50,827 bases of DNA from Candidatus Omnitrophota bacterium. Lineage in GTDB: Bacteria; Ratteibacteria; UBA8468; MWAK01. The stretch spans positions 1-50,827 of the forward strand of contig JAZDPL010000056.1 of assembly GCA_043797665.1 (NCBI GenBank), given 5' to 3'. The notes under the pieces are model-generated. The model was given only the letters and a program-made list of their open reading frames with translations, made no database searches and had not been told where the DNA came from. Position numbers and translations under genes: made by a program. This document shows, piece by piece, positions 44,859 to 50,827 of this stretch; positions within the stretch are counted from its first letter, which is position 1; every line of letters starts with the position of its first letter.

Positions 44859-46631
44859 GCATACCGCAATATAATACGCCAGAAGTTGTAAAGGAAGAAC
44901 CGTAAGGAAGGGATAGAACGGGTCCGCCGTATTGGGAATGTGAATCAGGCTGTCCGCCTTTTCTTCAATCCGGCGTTTCCCTGCGGTTACCACCGCAATC
45001 ACTTCTCCGCCTCGGGCTTTAATCTCCTCAATATTGAGCAATACCTTATGGTAGGTCCGGTCATAGGGCGCGATTACTACCGCGGGCATATTCCAGTCAA
45101 TCAAGGCAATCGGTCCGTGCTTCATCTCGGCGGCCGGCAGACCTTCGGCATGGATATAAGATATCTCTTTTAACTTCAAGGCGCCTTCAAGGGCAATGGG
45201 ATAATTGTAGCCCCGTCCTAAATAAAGAGCATTAGGAGTACGAAAATACTGCCGGGCGCTCTTTTCTATCTGGTTGGTTTCCCGGAGAATCTTCTCCATC
45301 TTTCCCGGAATGGTGCGCAGAGCCTTGAGAAGATTTTGATACCGTTCCTTATCTACCGCCCCTCTCAAATACGCTACTTTTAGCGTCAGAAGGTAAAGAA
45401 CCGTCAACTGGCTGGTAAACGCTTTGGTGGAAGCCACGCCGATCTCCGGGCCCGCCTCGGTCATAATGACGCCGTCACTCTGACGGCAGATGGTACTGCC
45501 CGGGACGTTGCAAATCGCCTTAACCGAAATCCCCGATTCCTTTGCCTTTTTCAAGGCACCGATAGTATCCGCGGTCTCACCGGATTGACTGATAACCAGA
45601 AGAAGGTCGTCGGGCATAAGAACCGGTTCCCGGTAACGGAACTCCGCGGCGTTTTCCACCTCGACCGGTATCCGGGCGTATTCCTCCAGGAAGTATTTGG
45701 CAGTCAGTCCCGCATGCCAGGAAGTACCGCAAGCGGCGATGACAATCCGTTTCAGACCCTTCAACTGCCGGTCGGTAATCTCCAATTCGGGGAACTCAAT
45801 CCTCTGATTCGGTTTTAGATAACAGTTAAAAAGATTACGCAGGGTTAAGGGTTGTTCATAGATTTCTTTCAACATATAATGACTGTATTTCCCTTTTTCG
45901 GAGGCGGTGGTCTTCCATTCAATCTTATGAACCGCAGGCGTTATCTTTTTGCCTGTTTTCAAATCATAAATGTGGACTTTCCTTTCGTCGATAAAGCCAA
46001 CCTGTCCATCCTGAAGAATGACCACGGAACGGGTATGAGAAAGAAGAGCGGGAATATCAGAAGAAAGGAAACAGCCGTTTTCCGACGGTCCGATAATCAA
46101 AGGACTGCCTGACCGGGCAAACAGAATTTTATCCGGTACGTCGGAGGAAACAACCGCCAGGGCATAACTGCCTGACAACGGTTTTAAAGCCTTACGGAAC
46201 GCCTCAACCGTAAAACCGTCCGATTTAACCTTCTCTTCCAAAAGATGGCAGATTACTTCCGTGTCGGTCTCGGAACGGAATTGATGCCCCCGGGCTTCCA
46301 ATTCTTCCTTTAACGCCTGGAAGTTCTCAATGGTTCCGTTATGGACCAGGGCTAACCGGCCGGTACAGTCTAAATGGGGATGGCTGTTGGCATCGGTGGG
46401 TGAACCGTGGGTTGCCCACCGGGTGTGTCCGATACCGATATTGGCGTCATTTTCCGGTAATCGTTTCGCTAATTCGGCAACCTTGCCGATTCTCTTTTTG
46501 ACCAGAAGTTCCCGGTTACTGAGCAGTGCCACACCGGCCGAATCGTAACCGCGATATTCCAGGTCCGCCAGACCTTTCAGAATAAAAGGCAGGGCTCTCT
46601 TCTTCCCCACGTATCCAAAAATCCCGCACAT
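44802..46631 (-). CDS. glmS: glutamine--fructose-6-phosphate transaminase (isomerizing)
   Basis: MCGIFG start (46631), LEYRGYDSAG, GHTRWATHG, SQSGETAD, VASTKAF, EGALKLKE and DQPRNLAKSVTVE. Confidence 0.97.
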   Translation of the reverse strand: MCGIFGYVGKKRALPFILKGLADLEYRGYDSAGVALLSNRELLVKKRIGKVAELAKRLPENDANIGIGHTRWATHGSPTDANSHPHLDCTGRLALVHNGTIENFQALKEELEARGHQFRSETDTEVICHLLEEKVKSDGFTVEAFRKALKPLSGSYALAVVSSDVPDKILFARSGSPLIIGPSENGCFLSSDIPALLSHTRSVVILQDGQVGFIDERKVHIYDLKTGKKITPAVHKIEWKTTASEKGKYSHYMLKEIYEQPLTLRNLFNCYLKPNQRIEFPELEITDRQLKGLKRIVIAACGTSWHAGLTAKYFLEEYARIPVEVENAAEFRYREPVLMPDDLLLVISQSGETADTIGALKKAKESGISVKAICNVPGSTICRQSDGVIMTEAGPEIGVASTKAFTSQLTVLYLLTLKVAYLRGAVDKERYQNLLKALRTIPGKMEKILRETNQIEKSARQYFRTPNALYLGRGYNYPIALEGALKLKEISYIHAEGLPAAEMKHGPIALIDWNMPAVVIAPYDRTYHKVLLNIEEIKARGGEVIAVVTAGKRRIEEKADSLIHIPNTADPFYPFLTVLPLQLLAYYIAVCRGCNVDQPRNLAKSVTVE

Positions 46632-46732
46632 CGCCTTCCAGAATACCACTCCCCGCCTATTTTCGTCAACCGGCGAATTGACGAATAATCCTTTGGTAAA
46701 GTAAAATAAAGCGGTTTAGGGACACAATTGTT

Positions 46733-46805
46733 GCGCCGTTAGCTCAATAGGCAGAGCAGCTGACTCTTAATCAGCAGGTTAGAGGTTCGATTCCTCTACG
46801 GCGTA
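46733..46805 (+). tRNA. tRNA-Lys (CTT)
   Basis: GCGCCGTTAGCTCAATAGGCAGAGCAGCTGACT-CTT-AATCAGCAGGTTAGAGGTTCGATTCCTCTACGGCGTA. Confidence 0.94.
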
Positions 46806-46850
46806 CGGTAAGTATTAAAACCTGCCCTCGTGCGGTATAATATATATGAC

Positions 46851-46935
46851 GCGAGGGTGGCGGAATTGGCAGACGCGCCAGACTTAGGATCTGGTGGATA
46901 ACACCATGGGGGTTCAAATCCCCCCTCTCGCACCA
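46851..46935 (+). tRNA. tRNA-Leu (TAG)
   Basis: GCGAGGGTGGCGGAATTGGCAGACGCGCCAGACT-TAG-GATCTGG, a long variable arm, and GGTTCAAATCC...CGCACCA. Confidence 0.95.
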
Positions 46936-46978
46936 GATAAGCAAATCCGTTGTCTATATTGCACTTGAGAGGAACTTT

Positions 46979-48388
46979 ATGGGAAATCTTAATATTAAGC
47001 ACGTGCCTGAACCAATGCTGTTTACAGACATCTTTCCTCATACGACTCCGCCTTGCATAGTTTTTGACGGCCCGATCAACGAAGAGTTGAACGGAGAAAT
47101 GTTTACCATAAATCCAGCGGATGTGGGGAAAAGAGATATTCACATCACGGATACAACTTTCCGCGACGGACAACAAGCAAGGGTCCCCTATACGGTGGAC
47201 CAGATAGTAAGGCTCTTCGATTTTCTTTCCAGGCTGAGCGGACCGCATGGTGTCATAAGACAAACGGAATTCTTTCTCTACAGCCAAAAAGACAGGGAAG
47301 GTATGGAAAAATGTCTTGAGCGCAGTTATCGTTATCCCGAAATCACAGCCTGGATACGAGCGGATGAAGGGGACCTTTCCTTGGTTAGAAATATGAAATT
47401 ACCGGAAACAGGCATGTTGACCTCCTGTTCTGATTATCACATCTTCAGGAAACTGAAGCTTGACCGCAAAAAGGCTTTTGATAAGTACACCGGCCTTGCC
47501 AAGGAAGCGATATCACACGGGATACGCCCCCGATGCCATCTTGAAGACATCACCCGGGCTGATATTTATGGATTTGTTCTCCCTTACGTCCAGGAACTTA
47601 TGCGAATTTCAGAAGAAGTTGATGAGAACTTGAAAGTCAAGATAAGGTTGTGTGATACCCTTGGATTCGGGATTTCTTATCCGGGTGCGTCCCTGCCCCG
47701 CAGCGTGCCAAAACTTGTGCTATCAATGATTCACAAAGTCGGCGTTCCTTCAGAACGGTTGGAATGGCACGGTCACAACGATTTTCACAAAGTTTTTGTA
47801 AATGGAACCACCGCCTGGATTTATGGATGCAACGCACTTAACTGTACCTTGATCGGCATAGGGGAACGCACAGGCAATCCGCCTCTTGAAGGAGCAATTT
47901 TTGAATATATGGGTCTGAAAGGAGATACAAGAGGAATAGATACTACAATTATTACGGAAATAGCTCAGTTTTATCGCTCGATAGGCACAAAAATATCTGT
48001 CCGGTATCCTTTTGTCGGTGACAACTTCCACAAGACCGCTGCAGGCATTCATGCCGGAGGATTGGCCCGCGATGAGCGCATTTACAATATATTTGATACG
48101 CAGAAACTTCTAAACCGTTCTCCGGAAGTGGTTATCACTGACAAGTCAGGAAGTGATGGAATCCATATGTGGGTAAATAATTTCCTGAATTTGCACGGAG
48201 ATAACGCGATAAAGAAAATAAAGATGGTGAAGATCATGAGATGGGTAGAAGACCAGTATAATAAAGAAAACCGGATAACGGCAATTTCAGACAGGGAAAT
48301 GATTCAATTGGTCAAGCAATACCTGCCTGAAGAATACAAGACCGCAGAAGAGAAAGGACAACTTATCTATACGCACCACGAGGAATAG
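46979..48388 (+). CDS. Re-citrate synthase-like DRE-TIM metallolyase (isopropylmalate/homocitrate synthase superfamily)
   Basis: ITDTTFRDGQQA, IRQTEFFLY, RCHLEDITRAD, RLCDTLG, LEWHGHNDF, GERTGN, AGIHA and YNIFDT. Confidence 0.8.
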   Translation: MGNLNIKHVPEPMLFTDIFPHTTPPCIVFDGPINEELNGEMFTINPADVGKRDIHITDTTFRDGQQARVPYTVDQIVRLFDFLSRLSGPHGVIRQTEFFLYSQKDREGMEKCLERSYRYPEITAWIRADEGDLSLVRNMKLPETGMLTSCSDYHIFRKLKLDRKKAFDKYTGLAKEAISHGIRPRCHLEDITRADIYGFVLPYVQELMRISEEVDENLKVKIRLCDTLGFGISYPGASLPRSVPKLVLSMIHKVGVPSERLEWHGHNDFHKVFVNGTTAWIYGCNALNCTLIGIGERTGNPPLEGAIFEYMGLKGDTRGIDTTIITEIAQFYRSIGTKISVRYPFVGDNFHKTAAGIHAGGLARDERIYNIFDTQKLLNRSPEVVITDKSGSDGIHMWVNNFLNLHGDNAIKKIKMVKIMRWVEDQYNKENRITAISDREMIQLVKQYLPEEYKTAEEKGQLIYTHHEE

Positions 48389-48472
48389 TCTTGTTTTGAA
48401 CGACAACATGGCACAAATCCGTCACAAAGATAAGAGAGGACACCTACCCCACCCTTTAGTCGCAATTAGTTG

Positions 48473-48501
48473 TTGACTTACCTCCAGTAAGGTGATAAAA
48501 T
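48473..48501 (+). promoter_or_regulatory. sigma70-type promoter
   Basis: TTGACT-17-TAAAAT with an extended TG. Confidence 0.6.
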
Positions 48502-48578
48502 GGAGGAAGTTGAAAGTTTGATTTTCCAGATTCTTTACAACTTTAAAGTAAAAGTGGTATATTAAAAAAGAGGGGGAA

Positions 48579-48815
48579 ATGGCATTAGAAAAAGAATATG
48601 GTTATTTTTTGAAAAACAAAGAGAATTTATTGAAGTTATTTCCAAATAAATTCATTGTGATTATCGATGATGAAGTGGTAGGTAACTTTGATTCTCAAGA
48701 AAAGGCGTTAAAAAAAGCATTTAAAAAATATACACTAGGCACATTTTTAATACAGAAAGTATCTAAAGACGAAAGCGATACAACTCAAAGATTTTTCTCG
48801 ATGGTTTATTTTTAA
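48579..48815 (+). CDS. DUF5678-like small protein
   Basis: 78 aa. E...F..N...L...FPNKFIVI....VVG.FDS...A..A pattern. AT-rich. Confidence 0.65.
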   Translation: MALEKEYGYFLKNKENLLKLFPNKFIVIIDDEVVGNFDSQEKALKKAFKKYTLGTFLIQKVSKDESDTTQRFFSMVYF

Positions 48816-49309
48816 TGAAGAGGACTACTTTTCATCATGCGTTTCGAGTAGAGTATAAGGGAAGAGTACAAGCACTTATTACCGATTGTGCAGTAGCCCT
48901 GCCCTCAGCAATAAATCCCATCCCAGAGAAACAATTTTTTCCCTTTAAGGCTGTATGGGATACTGGCGCAACCAATTCTGTTATAACGGAAAATGTTGTA
49001 AAGAAAGTGCCTTTGGTTCCCACTGGGATGATAGATACTTATGGAGTGCATGGCAAAGGTCAGGTCAATACCTACATTGTTGATATTGGATTACCCAATC
49101 GTGTTTGTATTACAAATGTTCAGGTCTCAGAGGGAAAATTAATGGGTGACGTTGATGTTTTAATTGGCATGGACATCATTCAGCTCGGCGATTTTGCTAT
49201 TTCAAATTCCGAAGGAAAAACAACCTTTTCATACTGTATCCCACCGCATAAAAATCCCCTAGACTTATACGAAAAAAGTATGAGAGTAAACCCCAAGAAT
49301 AAGATATAA
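48815..49309 (+). CDS. retropepsin-like (clan AA) aspartyl protease
   Basis: AVWDTGATNSVI catalytic motif and VLIGMDII. TAATG overlap with the upstream gene. Confidence 0.85.
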   Translation: MKRTTFHHAFRVEYKGRVQALITDCAVALPSAINPIPEKQFFPFKAVWDTGATNSVITENVVKKVPLVPTGMIDTYGVHGKGQVNTYIVDIGLPNRVCITNVQVSEGKLMGDVDVLIGMDIIQLGDFAISNSEGKTTFSYCIPPHKNPLDLYEKSMRVNPKNKI

Positions 49310-49339
49310 TTGAGATTTTTTATCGAATTAAATAGATTC

Positions 49340-49467
49340 GCCACCTTAGCTCACGGGTAGAGCAGGACATTCGCAGCAATTTTTTACCACCGGGCGTAAT
49401 CCGCAAATGGGTAAAGAGCCTTTAGACGGATGATGCCCACTGCAGTAAAAAATAGCCCCAGGTGGCT
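49340..49467 (+). pseudogene. tRNA-Thr(CGT)-like remnant whose 3' half is replaced by a long hairpin
   Basis: 5' GCCACCT-TA-GCTC...GAGC-A-GGACA-TT-CG pairs with 3' AGGTGGC-T at 49460-49467. No T-arm. Confidence 0.55.
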
Positions 49468-49800
49468 TAGGGGAGGATATTAGAACCTGTTTGTTGGACA
49501 ATTCAACCTTTTAATATACCCCTACCCTCCGGAAGCCATTGGCTGACAATGTGATGCCCTACCCCACCACCCAATTTTGATTTCTTCCTTTCCAATTTGC
49601 GATTTGCGGCGATATCTCCCCAGAATTGATATCTTCTTCCCTCACCCAAGTCAAGAAAATCCATAGAAAGCGATTTTGAAAAGCAAATTCAGGTATAAGG
49701 TTTCATTCTTGATTCCCTGTAATCCCTTGACCGGATTCTGACAAGATGATAAGATTTGTTGGTATTCTAAACGAAGCAATGGCCTGAAACGGAGATTTAT

Positions 49801-50448
49801 ATGAGACTAAAAACGGCATGTTGTATTATTACGATGTTGTTCTTTGTAGGTACTGTTTTATCCGCCGCTGAAGAAATGAAGCCGATCCAGCTTCTGAAAC
49901 CCCGGACGAGCGGTGGAAAACCTCTTATGCAAGCCCTCAAGGAGAGGCAAACCTTGCGGAACATCGACAGCAAAGAACTGCCCACCCAAGTGTTCTCTGA
50001 CCTTCTCTGGGCCGCTTTCGGCATCAACCGGCCCGAACTTGGAAAGCGCACCGCTCCTTCAGCGGTGAACTGGCAGGAGATAGACATCTACGTCGCCATG
50101 CCAAAGGGGATATATCTTTACAACGCGAAGAAAAATACGCTGGAACCCTTGGTTTCTCACGACATCCGACCGCTCTGTAATATGCAGCCCGTAGCGCTGA
50201 CCGCTCCTGTTGTTCTTTTGTACGTAGCTGATTATATGAAAATTGGTAGAGCACAAACGGACATGAAGGATTTTTATTCCGCGGTGGATACCGGGTTCAT
50301 AAGCCAGAATGTCTACCTCTTCTGTACATCTGAAGGTCTGGCGACTGTGGTCATGGGTGCCATTGACAGAGACCGCCTTTCCAAAGAGATGAACCTGCGA
50401 CCCGAACAGAAAATTATCCTGGTACAACCGGTGGGTTATCCGAAGTAG
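49801..50448 (+). CDS. secreted nitroreductase-family (SagB/ThcOx-like) protein
   Basis: Signal peptide, ALKERQT.R, LLWAA.GINR, RTAPSA, DTGFISQNVYL and QPVGYP. Confidence 0.85.
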   Translation: MRLKTACCIITMLFFVGTVLSAAEEMKPIQLLKPRTSGGKPLMQALKERQTLRNIDSKELPTQVFSDLLWAAFGINRPELGKRTAPSAVNWQEIDIYVAMPKGIYLYNAKKNTLEPLVSHDIRPLCNMQPVALTAPVVLLYVADYMKIGRAQTDMKDFYSAVDTGFISQNVYLFCTSEGLATVVMGAIDRDRLSKEMNLRPEQKIILVQPVGYPK

Positions 50449-50537
50449 CAAGCAACGTTATTTCACGGGTTACCCATCCCCACCCCCGGCAGGTGATTGC
50501 CTATCCCCCCTACCCCACCATCCGGTCGCAATCAATT

Positions 50538-50566
50538 TTGACTTCTTTTTCCGGAAAACGTATAAT
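50538..50566 (+). promoter_or_regulatory. near-consensus sigma70 promoter for tRNA-Gly
   Basis: TTGACT-17-TATAAT. Confidence 0.75.
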
Positions 50567-50638
50567 TTAGGTAGCACTCTACTTTATGGCTGATCAATGT
50601 TTCTGGTTTAGAGACGAATTTTTAAAGAAGATTTTTAC

Positions 50639-50710
50639 GCGGGAGTAACTCAGCGGTAGAGTACGACCTTGCCAAGGTCGGAGTCACGGGTTCGAATCCC
50701 GTTTCCCGCT
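50639..50710 (+). tRNA. tRNA-Gly (GCC)
   Basis: GCGGGAGTAACTCAGCGGTAGAGTACGACCTT-GCC-AAGGTCGGAGTCACGGGTTCGAATCCCGTTTCCCGCT. Confidence 0.95.
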
Positions 50711-50717
50711 CTACAAT

Positions 50718-50827
50718 ATGACATACCGACGGTTTAATATTTACCTTGTTATTTTGCTCGTGCTCTATTTTTCTTCCGGATGTAGTTATAAACATTATCC
50801 ACCTTCAAAAAAAGTAGTCTCCACCGG
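50718..50827 (+). CDS. putative lipoprotein (partial, runs off the window)
   Basis: MTYRRFNIYLVILLVLYFSSGC has a signal peptide with a lipobox-like SSGC. Confidence 0.5.
   Translation, partial: MTYRRFNIYLVILLVLYFSSGCSYKHYPPSKKVVST

Noticed and set aside
44658..44891. 77-aa plus-strand ORF at the island's right edge
   Set aside because: It overlaps glmS antisense, has no recognisable motif and shows no integrase similarity by eye.
46662..46685. Inverted repeat TTCGTCAA-N8-TTGACGAA as a transcription-factor operator
   Set aside because: It is adequately explained as back-to-back -35 boxes of the divergent glmS and tRNA-Lys promoters.
46796..47287. 163-aa minus-strand ORF and the many other short antisense or nested ORFs in the track
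   Set aside because: They lie antisense to tRNAs or well-supported genes and carry no motifs, so they are treated as shadow ORFs.

Overview
Bacterial chromosomal window. The H-X9-DG-type pilin, URO-D remnant and Re-citrate synthase suggest an anaerobe of the PVC superphylum such as Omnitrophota/Ratteibacteria, but this is inference only. Most of it is housekeeping: a riboswitch-controlled cobU-cbiR-like-cobT operon, rpoZ, a PilT/PilU ATPase, purD, an ABC+TPR trio, gmk, xerC, tolB-pal, hisS-aspS, dapF, comEC, thrS-infC-rpmI-rplT, purB, alr, mltG, PIN-PhoH, glmS and four tRNAs. Accessory elements: (1) a ~13 kb integrase-less island bounded by a 59-bp direct repeat of the glmS 3' end. It carries a GntR/LacI regulator, a pilin-like gene, large secreted glycoside-hydrolase-like proteins, an oxidoreductase/aminotransferase pair, a gene frameshifted at a G10 tract and deleted methyltransferase-like remnants. 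(2) At least four families of short palindromic repeats that nest inside each other, supply stop codons and insert in frame into xerC and comEC. (3) A 271-bp MITE read through in frame inside comEC. (4) A tRNA-associated accessory stretch with a DUF5678-like + retropepsin-type protease pair, a tRNA-Thr-like remnant interrupted by a long hairpin, and a recurring junction motif. No CRISPR array, rRNA or transposase was seen. All product calls come from motif recognition by eye, not from database searches.
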